The notes under the pieces are model-generated. The model was not told the origin of the DNA. It made no database searches and saw only the letters and a program-made list of their open reading frames with translations. A DNA stretch of 37,798 nt, from the UHGV virus genome UHGV-1315295. One strand, given 5' to 3'. Shown here piece after piece: positions 10,875-20,208 of this stretch. The stretch is from a virus. Every line of letters begins with the position of its first letter. Within the stretch, counting starts at the first letter, position 1. Position numbers and translations under genes: made by a program.

Positions 10875-10915
10875 GGCAACGTTATTATGGGAGCTTTCGA
10901 GAGTTTGCCATCGTG

Positions 10916-11107
10916 ATGAAAAAACTTCAAAAAGGCCAGACGGTTATGTTTCACAAGCCATACCCTTCAGGAGGAAATCCCGTAGCGTTTTATCTTGGAA
11001 GGCTAACCAGAAAAGGCTTATTGAATCGCAGATCCTTCCCCGCGCATACGGAGTTCAGATTGAAAGATGGTCAAAAGTTAACACACGATATCAGAGGTGT
11101 TATATGA
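10916..11107 (+). CDS. Possible small protein (63 aa) in the sbcD-sbcC gap, stop overlapping the sbcC start
   Basis: ATG 10916 in frame with track ORF 10829-11107; TGA 11105-11107 overlaps ATG 11104; weak RBS. Confidence 0.25.
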   Translation: MKKLQKGQTVMFHKPYPSGGNPVAFYLGRLTRKGLLNRRSFPAHTEFRLKDGQKLTHDIRGVI

Positions 11108-13020
11108 AGTTTTTAAAGCTCCAGGTTGAAAATTTTATGGCAATCGCCAGCGCAGAAGTCGAGTTAGACCAGCGTGGACTGGTGCTGATCCAGGGTGTGA
11201 ACAGTGGCGATACGTCTGCTGCCAGCAATGGCGCCGGGAAATCCACTCTGATGAATAGCTTAATGTGGTGTCTGTATGGTGAGACTGCACATGGCGTCAA
11301 AGGCGATGATGTGCTGTCGACGGGCCATGAGAAGAACTGCCGTGTGATGGTTACAGTTGAAGACGAAGGTAAGAAATACGCGATCATTCGCCATCGTAAA
11401 CACAAAGAGTTCAAGAACCGACTAATCGTCCGTGGTGAAGACGGTGATATGACCAAAGGCAAGGACACGCTGACACAGACGTTCGTAGAACGTCTGATTG
11501 GGGCATCGAAAGAGGTGTTCATGGCGTCCATCTACGCCAGTCAGGAAGCGATGCCAGATCTGCCCGGTATGTCCGACAAGAGCCTCAAAACCATCGTTGA
11601 AGAAGCTGCTGGCGTCGACCGATTGACGCGAGCCTATGCCATTGCCCGCGAGCGTGCTAATGCAGCTGCCGCACGTATGGACGTTACCAAATCCAAAATG
11701 GACGCCTGTCTCACGCTTATCGAGACTGCACAGTCAGAGATTGAGGCGGCCAAAGCGTCCTCTGAAAGCTGGGAGCGCGATCGCGGCGAGCGTCTGGACA
11801 AGGCCCGAGCCGATTTGGCTGGCGCGGAGGTAACACTGTCTGAAGTCGAGATGGAAATTCGCTCGCTGCCGGAACAGATCCGTGATACGGAAAACGCGAT
11901 TGCTGGCGAACGCAGCAAGCTGGCCTCCAAAGAAGAGCATGACGCCAAACTGCTGAAGGTGCGCAGTGCTATTACTGAGATCCACTCAAGCATCCGTACT
12001 TCAGAAGCGGCACAGAACGAGTCGATAAACCGTGCTCGCTCGTTTAAAACCAAAGCTGAAGAGGTCAGCACAAAGATCGGGGCACCCTGCATTACGTGCG
12101 GAAAGCCCTACTGCGAAGAAGATTTATCCACGGTGAAGGAGAGCTTCATTGAACAAGCGCGCAATGAGATCGGCCTTGCGCAGACATCAGCAGCGGCAGT
12201 GGCTCAACACAAGGCTCGTCTTGAGAAAGCGCTCGGTATCGAGTCTGCACTGGTCGCAGCCACACCCGACGTCTCAGAAATCATCTCCACAATAGAACGC
12301 CTGACCAATGAGCTAAGTGCGCTGCGTCATCGCGAACGTGAAGTTGTGGCCGTCGAAGCGATGGTTGCGCGGGCGCGTACTGAAGTGAATCGCATCATGG
12401 CGGAAGCAAACCCATTTCTGGCCGTTATTAAGCGCCATGAAGACAACCTGGCTGCCAATAAATCTAATCATGCAGTACTTAAAAATGAGTTAAAGAGCAT
12501 TCAGGAACAGGCTCTGTTGCTGGAGAAGGCCCGCCAGGTTTACTCCCCAGCAGGCGTGCGTTCACACATCCTGACCTCCGTTACGCCTTTCCTGAACATC
12601 AGGACTGCGGAGTATCTCAACACGCTGTCGGACGGCAATATCGTTGCCGAATGGTCGACAATGGAGACAACGAAGAAAGGTGAGTATCGCGACAAATTCA
12701 ATATCAGCGTAATCAAAACAGGCTCCAGCAAATCCTTCCAGACTTTGTCTGGTGGTGAGAAGCGTAAGGTACGTATTGCGTGCTCTCTGGCTTTGCAGGA
12801 TCTGGTTGCCAGTCGCGCCAGTAAGAATATCGAGCTATTTATCGGTGATGAAATTGACGACGCGCTCGACACAGCCGGTCTGGAGCGTCTCATGGGGATT
12901 CTGGAAGCCAAAGCGCGTGAACGTGGCACAGTGATGATCATCTCCCACAAAGAGATGAAATCGTGGTTCCGGGAAATTATCACTGTCGAAGTTAAAGAGG
13001 GGCGCAGCTATGTCGTTTAA
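11104..13020 (+). CDS. sbcC: SbcC/Rad50-family ATPase with zinc-hook CxxC
   Basis: Start MKFLKLQVENF with GAGGTG RBS; Walker A GAGKST; CITCGKPYC hook near 12086-12112; ABC signature LSGGEKRK; Walker B LFIGDEIDD. The track start 10858 gives an implausible N-terminal extension. Confidence 0.75.
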   Translation: MKFLKLQVENFMAIASAEVELDQRGLVLIQGVNSGDTSAASNGAGKSTLMNSLMWCLYGETAHGVKGDDVLSTGHEKNCRVMVTVEDEGKKYAIIRHRKHKEFKNRLIVRGEDGDMTKGKDTLTQTFVERLIGASKEVFMASIYASQEAMPDLPGMSDKSLKTIVEEAAGVDRLTRAYAIARERANAAAARMDVTKSKMDACLTLIETAQSEIEAAKASSESWERDRGERLDKARADLAGAEVTLSEVEMEIRSLPEQIRDTENAIAGERSKLASKEEHDAKLLKVRSAITEIHSSIRTSEAAQNESINRARSFKTKAEEVSTKIGAPCITCGKPYCEEDLSTVKESFIEQARNEIGLAQTSAAAVAQHKARLEKALGIESALVAATPDVSEIISTIERLTNELSALRHREREVVAVEAMVARARTEVNRIMAEANPFLAVIKRHEDNLAANKSNHAVLKNELKSIQEQALLLEKARQVYSPAGVRSHILTSVTPFLNIRTAEYLNTLSDGNIVAEWSTMETTKKGEYRDKFNISVIKTGSSKSFQTLSGGEKRKVRIACSLALQDLVASRASKNIELFIGDEIDDALDTAGLERLMGILEAKARERGTVMIISHKEMKSWFREIITVEVKEGRSYVV

Positions 13021-13756
13021 CTTGAGCCGCACGCAGTTTTTGCAGATGTTTGCCGTGATGCAGTCTATAAAGCTGATAAACAACCATACAGCAAAAGTAA
13101 CTCCGCCTGCACTTTTGTGGAAAAACGTAAACATCAGCGACGACCAGTTCTCGGTATTAACTAATCTATTGTCATCGACTCCTTTGATGCCGAGCTTGGC
13201 TAATCTGCCGTCAGGAAGCACTGCGCCGATCCTTATTAATCCATTTACGGAAGGTGGATATCTCCCACATTCTGGGCCGGGGTTCGTTGTGATTCCTGAA
13301 ACCGGAACGCTGAACATCCAAGAAAATGCACTCTTCAATGCAATGGAGACGCACATCAGCACCGCATTCACTAATCTAATTCGACACGCTAACGCACGCG
13401 CGGATCACGTTGCAATGCCGGGTGCTGCCTTCGCCAGCTTCTCTGTTGACTATGACCGGCACGCGCCAATTTCAAAGCGGGCGAAACTCTGCTTTTACGA
13501 GGAGGGATGTGAAGTAGCGATTATTGAAGTTCTCCTCCCCCACGTATTCAACGCGAATGAAAAGGCTGCGTGCCAACTTATTGACATCATGCGGCATTTC
13601 ATCGGCCAGAGCATGATCGATGCAGACATTGCTGCAGGCGTTCTGATCAACGATAGCATTCACGTTGTTAGCGACATTCCGAAGCCGCCAACTCGCGAGC
13701 CGGAGAAGACACTTGAACAGAAACTAATGGAATGCCCAACCTGGGCTACGTGGTAA
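13010..13756 (+). CDS. Hypothetical protein (248 aa)
   Basis: ORF track; GAGGGG RBS; start overlaps the sbcC stop. Confidence 0.5.
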   Translation: MSFNLSRTQFLQMFAVMQSIKLINNHTAKVTPPALLWKNVNISDDQFSVLTNLLSSTPLMPSLANLPSGSTAPILINPFTEGGYLPHSGPGFVVIPETGTLNIQENALFNAMETHISTAFTNLIRHANARADHVAMPGAAFASFSVDYDRHAPISKRAKLCFYEEGCEVAIIEVLLPHVFNANEKAACQLIDIMRHFIGQSMIDADIAAGVLINDSIHVVSDIPKPPTREPEKTLEQKLMECPTWATW

Positions 13757-13767
13757 GGAGACCAAAA

Positions 13768-14508
13768 GTGAGAGGAAGAGCGACAAAATTAAGAAAAGAT
13801 GCGAAACCTATCAATCCCGACGATTTCGACGGAAATTTCATTAGAGAGTTGGAGCCAATATTTGATTCAAGGGGGCGTAAACGCCGAATTGTTGAGCTTG
13901 AATGCTTTATCTGCGGTCATCGATTCTCTGCAAACCTTGAGAACGCGAAGCGAGTCAGACAGAAGACCTGCTCAAACAAATGTGCCGGAATATATCGCCA
14001 GAACGCAGAATATAAAGTCATGGAAAACCCTCTGTACTGGACTTGGGCAAGTATGAAGGCGCGTTGTAACAATCCAAATCGGGCAAGATACGAAAAGTAT
14101 GGAGGACGGGGAATATCTTACGCCATCGGGTTCGAGGATTTTGATAATTTTTACAGGTATGTTTCCGTACTTGAGGGCTATCCGTTTTCCGATACGGAGA
14201 GAGTTGTAGAGGGGGTTACGCTTGATCGCATCGACTCCAGCAAGGGATATGAACCAGGGAATCTGAGGTGGGCTGACAAGCACGTCCAGAGTGCAAATAA
14301 ACAAGGGAAAGTGGATGGTAGTACGTCGAAGTTTACTGGCGTTCATTACTGCAAAACGAACAAGGTTTGGGTTGCTAGAGTTGTGTGGAAAGGAGAGTGT
14401 GTCTTCTTGTATCAATGTCACGATGAATTGGAGGCTTACTTAGCGCGTAAGCGATTTATCGAAGAGCACAATCTACCGCATTTTGTTGAAATGGAGGTCA
14501 CAGAGTGA
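13768..14508 (+). CDS. HNH homing endonuclease with AP2-like C-terminal DNA-binding domain
   Basis: HNH-type block VTLDRIDSSKGYEPGNLRWADKHVQSANK; C-terminal GVHYCKTNKVWVARVVWKGE resembles AP2 domains of phage HNH endonucleases; GTG 13768 has a consensus AAGGAG 7 nt upstream (track start 13732 is an alternative). Confidence 0.55.
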   Translation: MRGRATKLRKDAKPINPDDFDGNFIRELEPIFDSRGRKRRIVELECFICGHRFSANLENAKRVRQKTCSNKCAGIYRQNAEYKVMENPLYWTWASMKARCNNPNRARYEKYGGRGISYAIGFEDFDNFYRYVSVLEGYPFSDTERVVEGVTLDRIDSSKGYEPGNLRWADKHVQSANKQGKVDGSTSKFTGVHYCKTNKVWVARVVWKGECVFLYQCHDELEAYLARKRFIEEHNLPHFVEMEVTE

Positions 14509-15074
14509 AAAAAGTAATCAAAGTTGCAGGTCTCGATCCATCTCTGTCAAATTTTGGCGTTGCCATCGGAGAAATAGAACTGGATTCAGGTGCATTGCAG
14601 GTCAATAAGTTGCATCTCATTGAGACGAAAGCTGGTGATACGAAAAAGCAAGTTCGCGTTAACAGTGACGATATGCGGCGGTTGAACGAGATTTGGCGTG
14701 GTATTAAGCCACTGATTGACCAAGTTCATTTAGTGTTCTGTGAACTGCCAGTAGGCAGTCAATCTGCTAGAGCGATGGTTTCTTATGGTGGTTGTCTTGG
14801 CGTACTGGCGTGTGTGGATAAGCCACTGATACAGGTCACGCCAAACGAGATTAAGTACTATGTCGGGAATAAGCTGACTACGTCGAAAGAAGAGATCATT
14901 CAGTGGGCTACGCAGAAGCAGCCAAACGCCCCGTGGTTGCGCCGGAAGCAATCGGGCAAGGAAGTGCTGGTGAATAAAAACGAGCACCTTGCGGACGCTG
15001 TCGCATCGATTTACACCGGTATGCAAACTGATCAATTCCGTCAGGTTCGCGATGTTCTTGCTGGAATTTTATAA
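14505..15074 (+). CDS. RuvC-like Holliday junction resolvase (putative)
   Basis: N-terminal GLDPSLSNFGVAIG and C-terminal EHLADAVA resemble the RuvC/YqgF-fold acidic catalytic motifs; start overlaps the HNH stop. Confidence 0.45.
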   Translation: MKKVIKVAGLDPSLSNFGVAIGEIELDSGALQVNKLHLIETKAGDTKKQVRVNSDDMRRLNEIWRGIKPLIDQVHLVFCELPVGSQSARAMVSYGGCLGVLACVDKPLIQVTPNEIKYYVGNKLTTSKEEIIQWATQKQPNAPWLRRKQSGKEVLVNKNEHLADAVASIYTGMQTDQFRQVRDVLAGIL

Positions 15075-15112
15075 GTTGATAATTGATAGGTAAGTGCTTA
15101 TCTATTACCATG

Positions 15113-15138
15113 AGGCCACTATATATAGTGGTCTTTTT
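15113..15138 (+). terminator. Rho-independent terminator
   Basis: AGGCCACTAT-atat-ATAGTGGTCT hairpin followed by TTTTT. Confidence 0.55.
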
Positions 15139-15339
15139 AATTGGGCTACACATAATAAGCATCGTAAAACGTAACGCCCACCGAGCCGCTGCCAGCTGCA
15201 TGAAGCGCTGACAAAGTTCGCTGTCGATTGCACTGGCCCGAGCCAGTTCGAATACCTCTAAGCCGAGTTTAACCACTTTGTGGCCTGGCGCTGCTGGGTC
15301 AAAATTGGCGTATCAAAAGAAGTCTAAAGGAAAGAAAAC

Positions 15340-16218
15340 ATGAAATTTACGAAACTGACCGATCATCTGAAACTTGCCGCAGACAAACTCGTGGGGTTTA
15401 AACCAGAGCCTTACGAGTTGAATCCCGGTTTCGGCAAGACAACGGAAAGCATCTACCTGATGGTTGACCAGTTCCACACACTGTTTCAGCACCCACGCCG
15501 TGCCATTCCAGATCCGGCATTACTGCGTCTGCGTGCCAAGCTGATCCACGAAGAAGCAGTTACCGAGGGCATCCCGGCAGCCAAAAATGGGGATATGACG
15601 GCACTGCTGGACGCGATGGCTGACTTCCTTTACGTGGGCGTCGGCACAATGGTGGCCATCAAAGGCGGCATCTCGACGGGCATGAGTTACTACACCCAAG
15701 AGCAGAGTGTTGATCGCTTCATCCACACCATCATGGTTCCGGGCAACACGGTCTTTGACGATATGGCTATCCCGTTTGAAGAAGCAAAAGAAGCTGCATT
15801 AATGCTGAATGCGCTGGCTGACAAACTTGAAGCGAAGCCGATAAGCGATTCCGAATTGGTGCAGGAGCTGCGCCGCGTGATGAACAAAATCTACGTTGCC
15901 TGCATGATGACCTACCGTCTGGCTGATTTTCTCGGAATCGATATTGTTGAGCTGGTGGCAGAAATCCACCGTTCCAACATGACCAAGCTGTGGCCGGCTG
16001 ACGCCGAAGAGCGTCGTGTGGCGGTAGAGAATTGCAAATATGACAAGGAAGACCTGGGCTTCCGCCATGCTGAAGGGACTGACATGATGATCGGTTTCAG
16101 GGTTTCTGATGGCAAGATCCTCAAATCTCCCACCTACAGCGATGTGGATCTGACTTGCTTTGTTGAGAAGGCGAAGTCCTCATCTCTTTACGAGATGGTA
16201 AAAAATAATTGTAAGTGA
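15340..16218 (+). CDS. MazG-like nucleoside triphosphate pyrophosphohydrolase (putative)
   Basis: HEEAVTEG...LLDAMADFLYVGVG resembles the MazG/HisE EExxE...D motif; a second related half follows; nucleotide-metabolism context. Confidence 0.4.
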   Translation: MKFTKLTDHLKLAADKLVGFKPEPYELNPGFGKTTESIYLMVDQFHTLFQHPRRAIPDPALLRLRAKLIHEEAVTEGIPAAKNGDMTALLDAMADFLYVGVGTMVAIKGGISTGMSYYTQEQSVDRFIHTIMVPGNTVFDDMAIPFEEAKEAALMLNALADKLEAKPISDSELVQELRRVMNKIYVACMMTYRLADFLGIDIVELVAEIHRSNMTKLWPADAEERRVAVENCKYDKEDLGFRHAEGTDMMIGFRVSDGKILKSPTYSDVDLTCFVEKAKSSSLYEMVKNNCK

Positions 16219-16280
16219 GTACTTATCATTATATATTGCCTTGGCGTGTTTTATTGTCCAAGTTCTTAATTGCTCATTGC

Positions 16281-16310
16281 AATGGTGGCCGAAGAGCCAC
16301 CATTTTTTTT
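16281..16310 (+). terminator. Rho-independent terminator
   Basis: AATGGTGGC-cgaagag-GCCACCATT followed by TTTTTTTT. Confidence 0.65.
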
Positions 16311-16385
16311 ACTCCCCTCCTAGCCTTACACACTTCTGACAGATAAACTTGTATAAAATAATAGGTATGTAATTACTTATCTTGT

Positions 16386-17501
16386 GTGAGGTTGATTTTG
16401 TCTATCCTACTGAATCGAGACTTTACGAACGGTCAGTTTGCCAGTGGTTCGTATGCCAAAGTGGTTGAAACGGTGCTCAACACTGGCGTTCACGCGGGTG
16501 ATCGCACCGGAACCGGCACAAAAAGTGTTTCATATGTCCCTTCCTACTACATGCTGACGGGCGGATCTGTTCCACTTATCTCCGGAAAAGCCGTCAATCT
16601 GAAGCCGTTACTGGTTGAGCTGGAGTGGTATCTCAAAGGAACAGGCAACATCCAGTTCCTGAAAGACAATGGCGTCAAAATCTGGGATGTCTGGGCCGAT
16701 GAAAATGGCGATTTAGGCCCGGTCTATGGCAAGCAATGGCGTCGGTGGGAAGACACTCGCATCGTGAGCCATAGCGAGTATCTGCGCAAAATCGACACGT
16801 TCCGTGAGCGCGGGTACAAGGTCGAGGGGTATCTGGGCGTAAGTGAAGATCGCGTTGTGTTGTCCCGTGAAATTGACCAGCTACAGCGTATCGTTGACAC
16901 GCTTCGCACCAACCCTACAGATCGTCGCATCCTGCTGAATGCCTGGAATGTTGGCGAACTGGAAGATATGAAGCTGCCGCCATGCCATTTCGTGTTTTCA
17001 CTGTGGAGTCGCGAGCTGGACTTTGAGACCCGACTGACTATGGCCACCGACATTGGCATACAGCACAACCGCCACGGCCACGAGTCCATTTACACCCAGA
17101 TGCTGTGTCTTCTGGAAAGAGATGGCGGCATTACTGAGAACATGCTGGACGAGCTGGGCATCCCGAAACGCATTCTGAACTCATGCCTGGTTCAACGCAG
17201 TGTCGATACCTTTGTTGGTATGCCGTTCAACATCGCCGGTTACGGCATTCTCACCCACTTCCTCGCGAAGATCACCGGCCACATGGCTGGCGCATTCGTG
17301 CATTTTGGCTTTGACGTTCATCTCTACGACAACCACATGGAAGGCGTTGAGGAACTGATGAAGCGCGAGCCGCCCAAAGAGTCCGACCCGGTTGTCATCT
17401 TCCCGCATGAATGGGCCGAACTGGACGACTTCAAATGGGAAGGTGTGCAGGTGTGCGGCTACAGCCCTCTTCCGTGGATCAAGGTTCCAGTGGCGGTGTG
17501 A
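16386..17501 (+). CDS. thyA: Thymidylate synthase (ThyA) with internal insertions
   Basis: DRTGTGT, IWDVWADENGDLGPVYGKQWR, LPPCH, GMPFNIAGYGILTH and C-terminal IKVPVAV blocks; 371 aa, longer than bacterial ThyA; true start uncertain (GTG 16386 or TTG 16398). Confidence 0.85.
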   Translation: MRLILSILLNRDFTNGQFASGSYAKVVETVLNTGVHAGDRTGTGTKSVSYVPSYYMLTGGSVPLISGKAVNLKPLLVELEWYLKGTGNIQFLKDNGVKIWDVWADENGDLGPVYGKQWRRWEDTRIVSHSEYLRKIDTFRERGYKVEGYLGVSEDRVVLSREIDQLQRIVDTLRTNPTDRRILLNAWNVGELEDMKLPPCHFVFSLWSRELDFETRLTMATDIGIQHNRHGHESIYTQMLCLLERDGGITENMLDELGIPKRILNSCLVQRSVDTFVGMPFNIAGYGILTHFLAKITGHMAGAFVHFGFDVHLYDNHMEGVEELMKREPPKESDPVVIFPHEWAELDDFKWEGVQVCGYSPLPWIKVPVAV

Positions 17502-17503
17502 TA

Positions 17504-17916
17504 TGGCCAGAGGGATGTATGTGTTGTGTGAAATTGAAGGTGTGCTGGCGAGAGCCAGCCATCGCAAAGCAGTGCCTGATGCGGATGCAGGCGCTCTTAT
17601 TGCCGGTGATGAACTCATCTTTCCCACCAGCCGCATGTTGCGTGGTTTTGCTCGCTCCGGTGCTGAAGTGGTGCTTATCAGTAGTCGTCCGGAAGCGCTC
17701 GAAGGCCCAACCAAGCGCTGGCTGAAGGACTTCGGCATTGATTATGACTGGCTCCACCTGGTTCCGCGCGGTGTCAGTTTTGAAACCCATATCAAGCGCA
17801 CGCTGGCAGAGCACAAAGGCGACTTACTTATCGCCGCACTGGTTCATGATCCGCGTCTGCGTTCTGCGCTGGCAGATTCTCACCAGCGACCAACCATCTA
17901 TGAGGTAAGCCAATGA
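17504..17916 (+). CDS. HAD-like hydrolase, putative nucleotidase, with non-canonical first motif
   Basis: YVLCEIEGVL (ExExGVL in place of DxDxT), VVLISSRPE, K...GDLLIAALVHD resemble HAD motifs I-IV; ATG 3 nt after the thyA stop. Confidence 0.35.
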
Positions 17917-18389
17917 AGATGATTGCAGCTGTCGGCCGCAACTATGAAATCGGCATTGGCAACGAACTTCCCTGGCGTTGCCCGACCGATCTGAAACTGT
18001 TCAAACAACTCACCAAAAACGCCACTGTCGTGATGGGACGTAAGACGATGGAAAGTCTTAAACGCCCGCTGCCAGAGCGCCATAACCTCGTTTTGACGCG
18101 CTCTCGTGGCTATATCCCCAATGGTTTCTACCCCGCTGGCATCGATGACGTTTTAAAACTACCAGATCCGGTCTGGGTGATTGGTGGCGGACAGATTTAC
18201 TCGCTCTTTATGCCACACGTTGAAGAGATCTGGCTGTCGCATATTGGCGTGGATGTGTCGGGCGCGGATGCGTTCTTCCCGGCGCCAATGATGCGTTCTT
18301 TAGGGTTCGTACCAGTAGAAACGGCTTATACCCAACGTGCAAATGAGGATGAGCCTGGCTTTTTGCAGATCGTATACAGAAGGTCGTAA
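17913..18389 (+). CDS. folA: Dihydrofolate reductase
   Basis: MKMIAAVGRNYEIGIGNELPWR...VVMGRKTMESLKRPLPERHNLVLTR...VIGGGQIY matches the DHFR fold signature; ATGA overlap with the upstream gene. Confidence 0.85.
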   Translation: MKMIAAVGRNYEIGIGNELPWRCPTDLKLFKQLTKNATVVMGRKTMESLKRPLPERHNLVLTRSRGYIPNGFYPAGIDDVLKLPDPVWVIGGGQIYSLFMPHVEEIWLSHIGVDVSGADAFFPAPMMRSLGFVPVETAYTQRANEDEPGFLQIVYRRS

Positions 18390-19060
18390 TGGATTACCGG
18401 ATTGGAATCACTGGCGCACAGGGCAGTGGGAAAACAACCCTGGCAAGGTACATCGATGCGCACTATGGCATTCCGTATGTGGATGCTGGTGTAGGCAAGC
18501 TGATGAGCAGTCTGGGGGTGAAGGTTGGCGAGCGTTTGCCCCTTTACGAGCGTCTTCAGGTTCAGATGGAGATTGCCAGACACATCGAGATGATCACCCG
18601 CGGCGTTGAAGGTTTTGTCATCGACCGCACGCCAGCCGATGTCATGGCTTATACGCTTGACCTGGTCGGCCAGACCAACGAAGACCGCTGCATCGAGCTG
18701 GCTCTCGACATTGAGCAGTTTTGCCACAAAGCGGCCATTTCCAACTTTAATGCTATAGCGGGTCTTCGCCCGGGCGTTGAGCTTTCCAGCAAAGATCTCG
18801 CGCGTCCCCAGCGAGGATCGCTTGACCGTCTCTATGTTGCTCGCATCGATGCACTTATGTGTGGCGAGCTGACGAAAATTAGCGCCCTTCCCCATACCGG
18901 CGATTTGCAGGTTTTCATTATCTCTGAAAAGTGCCGCACGGTTGAGGCGCGAGCCAGATCGGTATTGCGTGTGCTGGAAAGAGCCACTGAAAACATCGAG
19001 AGCCGTATAACAGGACGAGTGACCTTCCACAGAATGTTGTTCCCCTGTTGGGCAGTGTGA
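18389..19060 (+). CDS. P-loop NTPase, putative nucleoside/nucleotide kinase
   Basis: Walker A ITGAQGSGKTTLA at the N-terminus; TAATG overlap with folA; nucleotide-metabolism operon context. Confidence 0.5.
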   Translation: MDYRIGITGAQGSGKTTLARYIDAHYGIPYVDAGVGKLMSSLGVKVGERLPLYERLQVQMEIARHIEMITRGVEGFVIDRTPADVMAYTLDLVGQTNEDRCIELALDIEQFCHKAAISNFNAIAGLRPGVELSSKDLARPQRGSLDRLYVARIDALMCGELTKISALPHTGDLQVFIISEKCRTVEARARSVLRVLERATENIESRITGRVTFHRMLFPCWAV

Positions 19061-19096
19061 CAATAAGACACGCGAAATGAATTGAGGAAAAACAGA

Positions 19097-19516
19097 ATGA
19101 TAGATGAACTTCCCCTGTCGGATGAATTAGATCGCAAAGCGATTGAAGCACTGATCCGTATTGCTGACGAACAATCCCGTTCCTTAATGAGTGAACGTGA
19201 AGCACGTCTGGCTATCCGAGCAGTGTTTGAGTCCGTTCAAGGTCTTGTTGGGGAAGAGGTTGGTGAAGCCATTAATGCGGCGATGTCGCAATTCAATGGC
19301 GGCACCAAGCGCTCTCTGTTTCCTATGCATCTCAAACTCTTGGGCGGTACGGTTTTGTATGTGTCCGTTTGCCTGGAGACTAACCAAATCCAGCTCCTCA
19401 ACACGTCAACGGGCGAATGGCGTGAGCCGGTCGTCTGCGAAAGCGGCGAGGACGCACTAAAAAAGGCTGCTCAGTTTGTGCGTGGCGCACTGCTGAAAGG
19501 CGCGAAGAAGCTGTAA
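19097..19516 (+). CDS. Hypothetical protein (139 aa)
   Basis: ATG 19097 with GAGGA RBS 8 nt upstream, in frame with the track ORF. Confidence 0.45.
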   Translation: MIDELPLSDELDRKAIEALIRIADEQSRSLMSEREARLAIRAVFESVQGLVGEEVGEAINAAMSQFNGGTKRSLFPMHLKLLGGTVLYVSVCLETNQIQLLNTSTGEWREPVVCESGEDALKKAAQFVRGALLKGAKKL

Positions 19517-19525
19517 GGAGTACCA

Positions 19526-20080
19526 ATGACCACGATTATCGGTGGCGTCGATATTGAGTCCACGGGGCTGGACTTCACATCCGGCCACAAAATTATCGAA
19601 ATCGCGATATCTCGTTATGAACTGGAAACCCAGAAGCGCATTGACAGCCTTGAGATGCGCTTCAACCCGCGTCGTAGCATCGATCCGAAGGCGCAGGCTG
19701 TACATGGTATCTCTCTGGAAGAACTGGCTGCTGAACCGCTGTTGGCTGATCACGCAGGTAAGATTGCTGCATATATGGGGGCATGTAGCGCGTTAGTCGC
19801 CCATAACGGGGAGGCTTTTGACCTTCCGTTCATTCGCCACGAGTTCGGAAGCTATGGAGTGAAATTGCCAGAAATCCCTCTGGTTGACACTCTATTTTCC
19901 CTGTGGGCTACCGAGGATGGGAAGCGCCCACGCCTGGAAGAGCTGGCATTCTCACTTGGGTTCACTTACGACCGTGAGAAAGCCCACAGTGCTCTCTACG
20001 ATACTGATCTGATGATGCAGTGTTTCTTCAAAGCCCGAGAGAAATACGGCTTCTTCAAACTCCCATTCGAAAGCGCCTGA
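19526..20080 (+). CDS. DnaQ-like 3'-5' exonuclease (DEDDh family)
   Basis: Exo I GVDIESTGL, Exo II AHNGEAFDLPF, Exo III HSALYDTD. Confidence 0.75.
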   Translation: MTTIIGGVDIESTGLDFTSGHKIIEIAISRYELETQKRIDSLEMRFNPRRSIDPKAQAVHGISLEELAAEPLLADHAGKIAAYMGACSALVAHNGEAFDLPFIRHEFGSYGVKLPEIPLVDTLFSLWATEDGKRPRLEELAFSLGFTYDREKAHSALYDTDLMMQCFFKAREKYGFFKLPFESA

Positions 20081-20208
20081 TGGCGCTTTTTCTTTGCCTC
20101 CAGTTCCTTTAACTGCCTGTAGTTATGACTTTTCTGCCTGATAGGTTTTGCCAGAATAAGCTCAACCAAAACGCGGAAATGCACCAACGAAAACATAAGG
20201 AGTTAAAA

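Noticed and set aside
10858-11103. N-terminal 82-aa extension of the SbcC-like ORF as given by the ORF track
   Set aside because: SbcC/Rad50 proteins begin with the MKxLKLxxxNF block found at 11104, which has its own RBS; the extension has no RBS and looks non-coding or belongs to a small separate ORF.
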